From positions 667-64,666 of the IMG/VR virus record IMGVR_UViG_3300047384_000085: a stretch of DNA of 64,000 nt; one strand, written 5' to 3'. The notes beneath the pieces were generated by a model, which was given only the letters and a program-made list of their open reading frames with translations, was not told the origin of the DNA and made no database searches. Below are positions 48,569-58,783 of the stretch, piece after piece. The translations under genes were made by a program, and so were the position numbers. The stretch comes from a virus (Duplodnaviria > Caudoviricetes). Each line of letters starts with the position of its first letter. The first letter of the stretch is position 1.

Positions 48569-51231
48569 TGTCAAGTAGAAAACCGATAGTAGTACTACAC
48601 GAATCTTTCAGAAAATTAGTTGAAAAGTTCAACGTCTTATCTAACAATGTGGGTGATCCAGTAGATCTGAACACTTACAATGATAGTGATCTTGTAACCG
48701 TTATCAACGAAATTGATGCTACGTTTGATGCACATCGAGGGGAGATCCTATATCCTAACCCAGATGTGCCGTTCCGAACAGCTGCTCAATTACCTAACAC
48801 ACACTTAAAGATCAGTACTAATCAAAGTGGTGGTACAGACATCGACATTGATGCGGGTCAAGATTTTCTTGTTGATGCGGTTCGTCATATCAATCTTACT
48901 AGTGTTAATTTTGACGGTGACTATTCGGGCAATTATGTCTCTAAGGTTGACGGAACATCTCTAGATTCTGTTGGTGGGGCAATTACCGTAACAGGTAACT
49001 CTACCTACACTCTCACAACTGGTGGTAACTTTACTCAGACCACTACTGGACATATTGATCTAAATGCATCTAACAATATTGTTCTAGATGCGTCTGGAGA
49101 TATTACTCTTGATGCTGACGGTAACGACATTTACTTTAAGAATGGTCAGGGTGGTGGAGATACCGTAACCCATAATCTTGCAGACAATGCTCATTATACC
49201 GTGACTACACCAAGTCATTACACTGTTGATGTGAATGGCGACATAACCTTTGATGCTGAAGGTAACGACATTATCTTTAAGAATGGTGGTGGTAATGACC
49301 AAGTAACTCATAATCTTGGTGATAATGGTACATATACAATAAGTACACCCGCCAACTTGAAACTTGATGCGGTAGGGGATATCGTCCTTGATGCAGATGG
49401 TAACGACCTAGTCTTCAGAAATGGCGATGGGGGTGATTCTTGTCGAATAAACCTTAATGACGATGCCACATTCGATATACATGTTCCTTCTGATTTCTTA
49501 GTAGATGCAGCCGGTGATATCACCCTAGATGCAGCTGGAAATAATATAACCTTAAAAGACGGTGGTACAACACGTCAAGAATATACTCTAGGTGCAACAA
49601 CCACAATCGCAACAACTGGTAACCGAACCGAGACTGTTACAGGTAATGTATCCGACAGTGCGGCTGGAACATACTCTATCGGTGCGACTGGAAACATGGA
49701 CATCGATACACGAGGAACACTCGTAGTAAACACTGGTGGTAACAACGTACAATATACTACTGGACATATTGATCTCAATGCGACTCAGAATATCGTATTA
49801 GATGCGGACGGTGACATTTATCTGGATGCTGGTGACAGTGACATATTCTTCCGTAGAGACGGTGTTTCCTTCGCAAAATGGCAGATGGGTATCCCTAACA
49901 ATCCTAATGCGCTTCACTTAAAGTCTGAACAAGGTGACTTCATTGCGGCCGCAGTTGGAGATGTTATCCTAGACGCTGGTGATAGTGATATCTTATTCCA
50001 ACGTAATGGTGTTGAGTTTGTAAAAACTCGAATGGGTGTTGCTGGCGCACCATCACGCACTCGAATTATATACGGTCAAGGTGGGGTTGAGTTTGAAGCG
50101 GCTGGCGACATCACACTAGATGCTGGTGGTGAAGACATCAGACTAAAAGATGATGGCGTTGAGTTTGGTAAACTCCGTCATATGGGTTCTAACCAATTAG
50201 GTATCTACTCAAATCAAACACTTGCATTATCATTCGAAGATTCAGATGCAGTATTCAATAACGATGTAAACATTGAGAACGATCTTGATGTTGACAGACA
50301 TTTGAACGTAGATGGTGATACCACATTAAATGGTCATGTTGATCTGGGTAATGCGGCTGCAGATGACATTTCTATAAACGGTAAAGTTGATACTAATATT
50401 TTACCAAAAACAAATAATGCAAACAACCTTGGATCGTCCACTCTTCAATGGAGACACGCATGGTTTGACGGAACAGTATTTGCGGACAACCTAGATGGTG
50501 ATAGTGGTACTATCGCAAACTTCAACATCAACACCAACACGATAAGTAACAGCACTGCGGGATTAAAAGTTGACGTAGCGGGGGATATCATTTTTGATGC
50601 TGGTGGTGACGACATTAAATTTAAGATGGGTGATTCTGATCGTATTGAATGGGATTTGGGTAATAATCAATCGTCAGTAACGAATAAAGTCCACAAAAAG
50701 AATCTTGTTTTTGATGTTGCTAAGAATATTTATCTTGATGCTACCGAAGGTAATGTACACTTCCGAGACTCTGATAATGATACAAGAGTCCAGTTCGATT
50801 ACAATCATGCACGATCCGCTGGAACCGAGATGAAAGTCTTTGGTGGTAGTCTGACAATGGATGTTGCTGGTGACATTGTACTTGATGCAGACGGTGGTGA
50901 TGTACTACTTAAAGACGGTGGAACTCAGTTCGGTAGATTCCAGAATACTTCGGGTAATCTGATAGTAAGATCAGGTGATACCACTGCAATGACATTCAGT
51001 GGTGCGAATGTCACAATGGCGGGTCAGATCACTCTACCTAGTTCAGACCTAGATACTACTGAGAAAACAGTTCACGGTGCGATTAACGAAGTAGACAGTG
51101 ATCTGGGTGAGAGAACAAGTTTATCAAGTTTCTATGATGGTCACAATCAAGACATTGTTACCGCACTAAATAGAGTTGCGGCAAGGGTAGTAGATATCTA
51201 TGACGTTGACGGCACACTACTAAATAGTTAA
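48568..51231 (+). CDS. Fibre/whisker-like virion protein with DIxLDAxG repeats
   Basis: About 10 copies of GDIxLDAxGxDIxFxxG; terminal (A/V)INE helical segments. Confidence 0.7.
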   Translation: MSSRKPIVVLHESFRKLVEKFNVLSNNVGDPVDLNTYNDSDLVTVINEIDATFDAHRGEILYPNPDVPFRTAAQLPNTHLKISTNQSGGTDIDIDAGQDFLVDAVRHINLTSVNFDGDYSGNYVSKVDGTSLDSVGGAITVTGNSTYTLTTGGNFTQTTTGHIDLNASNNIVLDASGDITLDADGNDIYFKNGQGGGDTVTHNLADNAHYTVTTPSHYTVDVNGDITFDAEGNDIIFKNGGGNDQVTHNLGDNGTYTISTPANLKLDAVGDIVLDADGNDLVFRNGDGGDSCRINLNDDATFDIHVPSDFLVDAAGDITLDAAGNNITLKDGGTTRQEYTLGATTTIATTGNRTETVTGNVSDSAAGTYSIGATGNMDIDTRGTLVVNTGGNNVQYTTGHIDLNATQNIVLDADGDIYLDAGDSDIFFRRDGVSFAKWQMGIPNNPNALHLKSEQGDFIAAAVGDVILDAGDSDILFQRNGVEFVKTRMGVAGAPSRTRIIYGQGGVEFEAAGDITLDAGGEDIRLKDDGVEFGKLRHMGSNQLGIYSNQTLALSFEDSDAVFNNDVNIENDLDVDRHLNVDGDTTLNGHVDLGNAAADDISINGKVDTNILPKTNNANNLGSSTLQWRHAWFDGTVFADNLDGDSGTIANFNINTNTISNSTAGLKVDVAGDIIFDAGGDDIKFKMGDSDRIEWDLGNNQSSVTNKVHKKNLVFDVAKNIYLDATEGNVHFRDSDNDTRVQFDYNHARSAGTEMKVFGGSLTMDVAGDIVLDADGGDVLLKDGGTQFGRFQNTSGNLIVRSGDTTAMTFSGANVTMAGQITLPSSDLDTTEKTVHGAINEVDSDLGERTSLSSFYDGHNQDIVTALNRVAARVVDIYDVDGTLLNS

Positions 51232-51258
51232 TATAAACCAATTCAAGGTTGCGACTGA

Positions 51259-54216
51259 ATGTCAACAGATTTAATTTTAAAGATTAAAAATGCAAATGGA
51301 GATTTGCAACGAGTTTCTTCGGATGAAGAAAAGTATCTTGCATCTGTTGCTGGTGTTAGGTTATTGAACTATGAATTTGATGTGGAAACTGTTGGTAATT
51401 TAGTTAGAGGTCAGAATAATCTAGGTTACGATTTTCCGTCAGGTTCATATGCAGACTCAAAATACAATGAAGTTGTGGGTACTCATCCAGAGTCTCACAT
51501 AACAGCTACTACCACTACAACTAACTTAGACACTCTTGCTAGTTCTGCTGTTCTGAATTCAACTAATAAACCGTATCTTAGAAACTGGATAACTACCACT
51601 GCGGATGTAAATCGACCTTTAGTTTACAAAACAATAAATGGTAAACCTAGTCTTCAGGAGATAAAGGATTCGGACTTAAATACTCTTGCAGATAGACTAA
51701 ATGGTCTTATTGCACAACATGAACTTACTGGAGTTTATCGACTAGATTCAGCAGGTTTTGATCCTAGTGAAACCAATTGGCGAAGACATGTCGTTGGAAA
51801 ATTTGGTAGTTTGGACGATAGAAAAATTTTCGCCACCGACAACAGGACAGATGGTACTAGTAAAAACTATCATATCTGGCAAAAAACAGGCAGTTTCGAT
51901 ATTGGTCAAACCGACTCGTGTGCAATTGTAGCTTTAGATAGAGTACTCAGTGGTAACGATGCCGGTGATTTAACTAACACTCCTCCTACTATTAAAACTC
52001 TCCCACTGAATCAGTTGGGTCACGTTCTCGGACAAAGATGTAAGTATCGCCGTGGAATTGAAGGTAATATCGGTACATATCAATTAAGAAGTGATCTTCA
52101 AGGCGCACCTGATGCGACAGGAACTTGGAAATCGGTAGGTAGTGCTTTAGATACTAGAAACACTAAGGAAGATCAATATCATATACACATTAGAGAGTCG
52201 GTATTTTCTAGCACATATGTAGGAACTTATACTGGTGAATATACTGGCGGATACAACAGAATGTATGCTGGTGATTACATTGGTGACTTCATATTAAGTT
52301 TTACAGGCGACTTTATAAAAACTTATGTTGGGAACTACACTGCTGAGTACGTAGGTAACTACAATAGGGATGTTTCGACAAACTTCGGTGGTAATTATGT
52401 TGGTGACTATATTGATAACTATACTGGTAACTATACTGGTCAGTACGCTGGTGATTATTCGGGCAACTTCGTAAGAACCTTTACTGGAGATTATGTTAAT
52501 GATATACCAAAGAATTTTACCGCTCACCGTTTAACAGATTACACCAAAGAGTATACAGGTGCAACTTTCACCGCTAATTATACTGGTGACTATACTGGTA
52601 ACTATGTTGGTAACTATGCATCCACCTCTGTTAAGACATATAGCGGAATAGACTATACTGGTAACTACGCATCGATATCATCAACAAAAGATTCTGTTTT
52701 TGAGTTTGCGAGTACAAGTGTTGCCAATTATACTAGCGTAACTAGTACACGAGCTCGTGTCGAACAATACATCGGTAATTATGAAAAGATTAGAACTGGT
52801 AACTTTACTGGTAATTATTCACGAAACTTTACTGGAACTTATACAGGAAACTATATTATAACCTATACTGGTAACTATACTGGTAACTATCACGGTAACT
52901 ATACTGGTAACTACACATCAACATCGACATTGACAGTTGCACAAACATTTACTGACAATCTGGTATTTACAGGTCTAACGACATTCAGTACACGAGTAAG
53001 TACAAGAAAAGCATATCCAACCACTAGTCAGAATTGGACAAGAACACGAAGTGGTACACCCTTTAGTTATACTGGTAACTACCAAAGAATTTATGTAAGA
53101 TATTATCCATCGGCTTGGTCAACTGCGCCGATTGGTGGTGCTACAGGTGTATCAGCACCGCAGTATTATGGTTCCAGAACTAGGAAAAGATATGGCACTG
53201 CTGTTGAAAAAACTAGAGATGGTACTCCAACTTATGTAGGTAACTATCACGGTCGTGGCGTAAAACAATGGCTTGAATATGCGAACACATATATTGGTGG
53301 CGAGTATACGAAAGAAATTGACTATGTCGGTAATTTCGATACTGACTATATTGGTAACTTTGCATCGGTTTCGGTTAATTATAAAACTCAGGGTGAGACG
53401 GTCGAAGGCTTGTTAGGTGGTTACTCAAACCCAGACTCCTATGGATACAACAAATTGCGTAAGCGAAGTATTAGTGTTGACATCAACAAAGATTTCACAG
53501 GAAATTACACTTCCGTTACAAGAACTAATGACTTTACTGGTAACTTTAACAGTATCGTACAAAAACTTAGAGAGGCTACTTTCACAGGTGACTTCGTACA
53601 ACCATTTACTGGTAACTATGTTGGTGACTACGCATCGACTAGAACTATAAACTATACTGGTGACTTTGTTGGTGTATACGCTAGGCCGTTTGTTGGTAAC
53701 TATACTGGTAACTACAACTCTACTGCGTTAGAAACATACATAGGAACTTCAACAAGAGACACCGACTCTATTAAAAATTATACTGGTAATTTTGCTCGTA
53801 CGTTTGTCGGTAACTTCCAGAGTACTCGAATAACTGATTATATTAGTTCTGCTATATACGTTTCGACAAGAGAAAGATCGGTCAATTATGCTTCTACCAG
53901 TACATCTAATATATTAAAAGATTTCGTGGGTGATTATACAGGTAACTTCATTAGTCAACATCTGTACACAAGTACCAGAAACTATTTACTTCATCGTTCG
54001 GTCAACTATATCAATGAAGAAGCTTCAGGTATAAATTACACTAGTACAAGTACAAGAGAAAGATACGAAGAGTTTATCGGAACCTATACTGGTGACTATC
54101 AAAGAGGTTATACGCAACATCGAAATGTAGACTATACTGGTGATTATCTGGGATCTACCATTAGACCAACTTTATCTACACATAGAACATATACTTTATA
54201 TGTAAGATACAATTAA
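51259..54216 (+). CDS. Virion protein with (Y/F)-T-G-(N/D) tetrapeptide repeats
   Basis: 985 aa; globular N-terminal part of about 310 aa, then two repeat arms around a non-repetitive centre. Confidence 0.75.
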   Translation: MSTDLILKIKNANGDLQRVSSDEEKYLASVAGVRLLNYEFDVETVGNLVRGQNNLGYDFPSGSYADSKYNEVVGTHPESHITATTTTTNLDTLASSAVLNSTNKPYLRNWITTTADVNRPLVYKTINGKPSLQEIKDSDLNTLADRLNGLIAQHELTGVYRLDSAGFDPSETNWRRHVVGKFGSLDDRKIFATDNRTDGTSKNYHIWQKTGSFDIGQTDSCAIVALDRVLSGNDAGDLTNTPPTIKTLPLNQLGHVLGQRCKYRRGIEGNIGTYQLRSDLQGAPDATGTWKSVGSALDTRNTKEDQYHIHIRESVFSSTYVGTYTGEYTGGYNRMYAGDYIGDFILSFTGDFIKTYVGNYTAEYVGNYNRDVSTNFGGNYVGDYIDNYTGNYTGQYAGDYSGNFVRTFTGDYVNDIPKNFTAHRLTDYTKEYTGATFTANYTGDYTGNYVGNYASTSVKTYSGIDYTGNYASISSTKDSVFEFASTSVANYTSVTSTRARVEQYIGNYEKIRTGNFTGNYSRNFTGTYTGNYIITYTGNYTGNYHGNYTGNYTSTSTLTVAQTFTDNLVFTGLTTFSTRVSTRKAYPTTSQNWTRTRSGTPFSYTGNYQRIYVRYYPSAWSTAPIGGATGVSAPQYYGSRTRKRYGTAVEKTRDGTPTYVGNYHGRGVKQWLEYANTYIGGEYTKEIDYVGNFDTDYIGNFASVSVNYKTQGETVEGLLGGYSNPDSYGYNKLRKRSISVDINKDFTGNYTSVTRTNDFTGNFNSIVQKLREATFTGDFVQPFTGNYVGDYASTRTINYTGDFVGVYARPFVGNYTGNYNSTALETYIGTSTRDTDSIKNYTGNFARTFVGNFQSTRITDYISSAIYVSTRERSVNYASTSTSNILKDFVGDYTGNFISQHLYTSTRNYLLHRSVNYINEEASGINYTSTSTRERYEEFIGTYTGDYQRGYTQHRNVDYTGDYLGSTIRPTLSTHRTYTLYVRYN
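52861..52915 (+). repeat. 12-bp tandem repeat unit AACTATACTGGT (encodes NYTG)
   Basis: acctatactggt-aactatactggt-aactatcacggt-aactatactggt-aactaca; dispersed copies across about 52230-54145. Confidence 0.85.
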
Positions 54217-54226
54217 TTCTATTCAT

Positions 54227-54292
54227 TATAAATAGATAACAAAGTAAAAGTTTTTATCTAACAACAACCTTGTATATACAAGGTAGATAAAA
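54227..54292 (+). promoter_or_regulatory. Late promoter followed by a leader hairpin
   Basis: TATAAATA at 54227-54234; perfect palindrome accttgtatatacaaggt at 54267-54284. Confidence 0.7.
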
Positions 54293-54335
54293 TTTAAATA
54301 AACTCTAAATAGAGATTGAACCGACAGGGGTACAT

Positions 54336-55805
54336 ATGTCATCCACCATTAAAATCAAACGGAGCAATACGTCTGGTAATGCTCCTGACACCAATAACAT
54401 TGTAGAAGGCGAACTCGCCCTCAATACCGCAGATGGTATCCTATACTCTCGTGGCGGTAATGATATATTTGAAGTAGGCGCAAACTTAACTACTCCATTT
54501 ACTGTCAACCCATCTACCGCAGCAGACACTATTACTCTTGGATCGACTACTCAAGAAGGCACTATCACTCTTGGTAGAAGTACCTCAACCAACTTAATTA
54601 ACATTGGTAATGCTCAGACAGCAAGTGGTGCAACACAAACGATTAATATCGGTGGTAACAGCGCCAGTGGCGGTGACACTGTATTGAATTTAGCCGCAAA
54701 TTCAAATACTGCCGCAGATACAGCAGTGACTATTGGTTGCTCTAATGGAACTGGTACTCACAGTGTTGCGATTCGTGGTGCTAGTACATTTACGAATGGT
54801 GCGGTTGCCTTTGATGGTAACAACTTTTCTGTAAATCCAGCAGGAACCACTAACACCATCACTATGGGTAAAACAACTGGCACAGGTTTAATTACAATCG
54901 GTCGAAGTACCGCTAATCAAGATATATCTATTGGTTCAGCTACAGGTGGTTCAGGTGCATCCCAAACCACCTCGATTGGGTGCAACATGGGTTCAGGCGG
55001 GACAAAGACCGTCAATATCGGTTCTTTAGGTAGTAGTGCTGGCGCCAGATATATAAATATCGGTACAAACGCAAGCACTAATGGTTTAAGCGCTACGACT
55101 ACGATTGGTAGTTTACATACAGCTGCAGTGAGCAATAATTATCTCTATGGTATTACGAGGATTAAAAAGACCAATGGACAACCTTTAATTGTAGAGAGTA
55201 CGTCATCTACTACTAATACTACTTTACAAGGTATTCAATTATACAATACTACTAGTGCTTCAGCCTTTAAAATCGGCAATTACTTGTCGTTGGCTCAAGT
55301 TCAAAGTTATTATGGTTCTGGTTCTGGCGCATCGATACAATTTTTATATGGTCAGAGCGGAGAAAAACATCGGTTAGATGCAAGTGGTAAATTTGGGATA
55401 GGTGTCTCGTCCCCACTTGAAGCACTTCACGTTAATGGTAATATCATTGCTACAGGTAATGTGACTGCATATTACTCTGACGAAAGACTGAAAGACTTTA
55501 AGGGAGCAATTCCAGATGCTCTAGATAAAGTTAATAAACTCACAGGATATTACTATAAACCAAACGCATTAGCGCATTCTTTGGGTGTGGATAATACCGA
55601 ACTAGAGGTCGGTGTATCTGCTCAAGAGGTTGAGGAAGTATTACCTGAGATTGTAACTAAATCTGCGGTAGGTCAAGACGAGTTCGGAGAAGATTATAAA
55701 AGTGTTTCTTATGACAAACTAACACCCCTGTTGATAGAAGCAGTAAAGGAGTTGACCCAAAAGGTTGCGTATCTAGAATCTAAAATTAGTGAGAAAGGCG
55801 AATAA
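54336..55805 (+). CDS. Tail fibre with a C-terminal intramolecular chaperone (peptidase S74)
   Basis: IKIKRS...GELALN N-terminus; T/G/S-rich INIG repeats; YYSDERLK...GVSAQEV...YDKLTPLLIEAVKEL. Confidence 0.88.
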   Translation: MSSTIKIKRSNTSGNAPDTNNIVEGELALNTADGILYSRGGNDIFEVGANLTTPFTVNPSTAADTITLGSTTQEGTITLGRSTSTNLINIGNAQTASGATQTINIGGNSASGGDTVLNLAANSNTAADTAVTIGCSNGTGTHSVAIRGASTFTNGAVAFDGNNFSVNPAGTTNTITMGKTTGTGLITIGRSTANQDISIGSATGGSGASQTTSIGCNMGSGGTKTVNIGSLGSSAGARYINIGTNASTNGLSATTTIGSLHTAAVSNNYLYGITRIKKTNGQPLIVESTSSTTNTTLQGIQLYNTTSASAFKIGNYLSLAQVQSYYGSGSGASIQFLYGQSGEKHRLDASGKFGIGVSSPLEALHVNGNIIATGNVTAYYSDERLKDFKGAIPDALDKVNKLTGYYYKPNALAHSLGVDNTELEVGVSAQEVEEVLPEIVTKSAVGQDEFGEDYKSVSYDKLTPLLIEAVKELTQKVAYLESKISEKGE

Positions 55806-55807
55806 TT

Positions 55808-56248
55808 ATGGCAGTAGTTTGGAATATAGTAAAGGTTGAATCGAATATCTCTGATGGTGCTATCAAAATGGTACATTGGGAAGCTTCAGATTATGAGACG
55901 GAACAAGTTGGCGACAAACAGGTAATTCACCGTGGTAGACGTTATGGCAGTGTTCATATTGATGCAGATCCTTCTTCGGAAAACTACATTGCATGGGCGG
56001 ATGTCACTAAAGATATTGTAATCGGTTGGGTTAAATCTTCGCTCGGAGAGGAAGAAGTTTCAAATACCGAATCGCAAATTGCAGGAGATATTGCTTTATC
56101 TAAAACACCTGTCGAACATAACATTAATCCTTGGGATGTAGTCCCTGAAGTAGACACCAGTGAAGAAGTCGTCAACGATGAGACGCCCGATGAGGAAGAA
56201 AATAATGTCGATTCTGATTCGACAGCACACATCAATGAAGGTGAATAG
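55808..56248 (+). CDS. Tail-fibre-associated small protein
   Basis: VHW...YIAWADVTKDIVIGWV...PW; directly follows the fibre gene. Confidence 0.6.
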   Translation: MAVVWNIVKVESNISDGAIKMVHWEASDYETEQVGDKQVIHRGRRYGSVHIDADPSSENYIAWADVTKDIVIGWVKSSLGEEEVSNTESQIAGDIALSKTPVEHNINPWDVVPEVDTSEEVVNDETPDEEENNVDSDSTAHINEGE

Positions 56249-56250
56249 TA

Positions 56251-57513
56251 ATGTCAGCATCTATAATGACGGTTAGAGGTCGTTTACAGGAAGCCGACGA
56301 ATTTATCTTAGAAAGTGACATAAGATACCAAAACGATACGAGTGGGTCTACTGGAACTGGTGTTGGTTTGGTAGTGTATAGTGGTCAAACAATTACTGCT
56401 TATGTTAAGACTGTTGGCGTGCCAGGAACTTCCACATATCCTCTTATAAACTGTACGGTAGATTCTTTAACTACCTCAACACAGAAATCTACTGGTCATC
56501 ACTTTAGCATCTTAAAACTTAGTTTCGGTTCGTCTAGTACTGGTACTTTTCAGTGTTACCTTAGTACATCAGCTAATAAAATTCTTCAGATTAGTGGTTC
56601 ATACTCCACAGGAACTTCGACCGATGCTGTTCAACCAATGACACTCGGAAATGAGTCTGGGTCAAAATTTTACAACAACGTTGGGAATCGTCTTGATGAT
56701 ACTAATGGTGAAACGATAAGACTGAATGACACGGACGTGAGAGCAATAGCAGAAGAGACCACAAATTTGTCCACCATCGATTTTGACGACTTTTATGGTA
56801 AAGAACGTAACTTGGGCGGAATACCTGTAACCTACACTGGCACAAATTCATATACCGACACTGCTATTCCCAGTCATTCTGACCTTGGTGGTACTGGTTC
56901 CTCTTCAAGCACAATCACCAATAACCCTTTACTATTTGTAAGAAGGGTAAAGTTGACGTATAGTGGTGCATCCGCATCAAAGTATTTGCACATTTCGGCT
57001 CAGAGAGCTAATCCTGCGATAGGTTCATATTTTCATGGAGATGCTCAAATTTTCGGATATTCTATTAATGGTACGTTTCATGATATTGACACGTTTGGGT
57101 CAACTACCAGTACTAATAGTAGTTGGAGAACTAAGAGTGGCGTCAATCCCACAACTACTGATGCTGATGAATGGCATAATAGTACTGGTGCTGAGATCAA
57201 TGTTTATCATAACAGAAGTGGTACTGACGGAAGGTTTACTATATTTCATAGTAATGCTTACAACGTTGGCAGAACTGCCAGTGGTGGCACTGGAAGAATA
57301 CCTAATCCATTCCTCACTTCTCTAACTGGAGATAATATAGGGTACGGATACTTTGAAACCAGTGGTGGGTCGATCGCCTCAATGAGTAGTGTTTACTATC
57401 ATGCTCGATCACCGCTATTTTATTTAAACGATGGGGAGACCGTAGAAGTTTGGTATGGAGTGGACTGTGCTTCTTTAGATTTTATTAAGTTTGATATTAT
57501 CGGTGTTAGTTAG
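56251..57513 (+). CDS. Putative tail-fibre tip / receptor-binding protein
   Basis: S/T/G-rich; IRLNDTDVR...IDFDDFYGK motif resembling gp38-like adhesin attachment segments. Confidence 0.5.
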   Translation: MSASIMTVRGRLQEADEFILESDIRYQNDTSGSTGTGVGLVVYSGQTITAYVKTVGVPGTSTYPLINCTVDSLTTSTQKSTGHHFSILKLSFGSSSTGTFQCYLSTSANKILQISGSYSTGTSTDAVQPMTLGNESGSKFYNNVGNRLDDTNGETIRLNDTDVRAIAEETTNLSTIDFDDFYGKERNLGGIPVTYTGTNSYTDTAIPSHSDLGGTGSSSSTITNNPLLFVRRVKLTYSGASASKYLHISAQRANPAIGSYFHGDAQIFGYSINGTFHDIDTFGSTTSTNSSWRTKSGVNPTTTDADEWHNSTGAEINVYHNRSGTDGRFTIFHSNAYNVGRTASGGTGRIPNPFLTSLTGDNIGYGYFETSGGSIASMSSVYYHARSPLFYLNDGETVEVWYGVDCASLDFIKFDIIGVS

Positions 57514-57561
57514 GTACAATATATATAATAAACATCATCATTAAACAATTAGGAGATTGAG

Positions 57562-58044
57562 ATGAGTAGTAGAAAATGGTTAGATAATGCTTTTTGGGAA
57601 GCACCAGAAACCAAAGATGACGTGACTTGCATTCTGCAAATCATTGACGACAATGACAGAAAAGTCGAACAAGTAATGAGACTTAAAAAGTTCACTAAAT
57701 CTGGAAATGAAAATACAGATTTCGCAGAACTTATTGAAGTTCTTGGTGAAGACCTAATCACCAAAAATACTGAACAACGTCTAAAACGCAAAGCTGCTGA
57801 GAAAGAAGAGAAACGAGTTCGTGATATCGAACACGAGAAAGCACGTGCCTTAGAAAAACTTTTCGGATATAAAATGGAAGCATTCGAAGTTGAAGAAATT
57901 AAGAAATGTAAAAACCGAAAACTAAAGGCAAAACTTAGACGAGCAAAAAGTAAAATTGAAGTCAATCTATATTCGATGATGATTCTTCAAGAACATATTG
58001 CTAATGAGGAGAAAGAGAATGCCGAAGAAGAAACAGAAAAGTAA
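57562..58044 (+). CDS. Hypothetical protein (basic, helical)
   Basis: LEKLFGYKMEAFEVEEIK...LRRAKS; overlaps the glycosyltransferase start. Confidence 0.7.
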   Translation: MSSRKWLDNAFWEAPETKDDVTCILQIIDDNDRKVEQVMRLKKFTKSGNENTDFAELIEVLGEDLITKNTEQRLKRKAAEKEEKRVRDIEHEKARALEKLFGYKMEAFEVEEIKKCKNRKLKAKLRRAKSKIEVNLYSMMILQEHIANEEKENAEEETEK

Positions 58045-58783
58045 AGGATTTCTGGTTGTTGCTTCTCGCAAAAGATCTTTCTATGTTTACGCAACCAATC
58101 TAATAGATTCGATTAGAGATTACTATGAAGACGCTAATATAACCTTAGTGTGTGAAGAGTGGATGTTGGATGACACTGGAAGAGATTTAGCGGACAATAT
58201 AATAATTTGTGATGATCATTACCGTGCCAAACTCTGGGGCATGGCTCAATCTCCTTATGACATCACGATGTATGTTGACGCTGACATGCAGTGCGAACAC
58301 GAAGATGTCGTAAAGATCTGGGATGAAATGAAAGACCACGATGTTGTTTTCTCTGCATTGACAAAAGAACGTGATTACATTTACGCTGAATATGAATTTG
58401 ACACTCCAGATCAAGGAAAGATATCTTTTGATCTGTGTGGTGGTGTCTGTCTTTACGATATGACTAAACCTATTGTCCGTGAGTTCATGGAAGATTGGTG
58501 GGATCTCACCAGAAGGCAAATGGATCATAAATGGTGGCCCGAAGGTTACCCAAAAAGTCTTAAACAGTGGGATCAATTCTCTCTTTGGTGGTTGACGAAC
58601 AAAGAAGAAAAATATAAAGATTTGAAGATTGGTATATTTGATGATGATATGAGATGGAATTATTATAATGCTTGGAACTACGAAATTACTAAACCAGATA
58701 ACCCTATTATTTTAAGACATTTTTCTTGTGGTGTTTTCAAAGATTTTCATTACTATACAGATATAGGAAGTAATGAGAGGTAA
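57998..58783 (+). CDS. Glycosyltransferase, GT-A fold (GT8-like); likely start near 58019
   Basis: RAKLWGMAQSPYDITMYVDAD, GGVCLY, WDQFSLW, RWNY. Confidence 0.78.
   Translation: MLMRRKRMPKKKQKSKGFLVVASRKRSFYVYATNLIDSIRDYYEDANITLVCEEWMLDDTGRDLADNIIICDDHYRAKLWGMAQSPYDITMYVDADMQCEHEDVVKIWDEMKDHDVVFSALTKERDYIYAEYEFDTPDQGKISFDLCGGVCLYDMTKPIVREFMEDWWDLTRRQMDHKWWPEGYPKSLKQWDQFSLWWLTNKEEKYKDLKIGIFDDDMRWNYYNAWNYEITKPDNPIILRHFSCGVFKDFHYYTDIGSNER

Noticed and set aside
52200-54150. CRISPR array or diversity-generating retroelement template suggested by the AAC-rich repeats
   Set aside because: The repeats are 12-bp, in-frame and degenerate at synonymous positions. There are no spacers, no paired template and variable repeat, and no reverse transcriptase or cas gene in the window.
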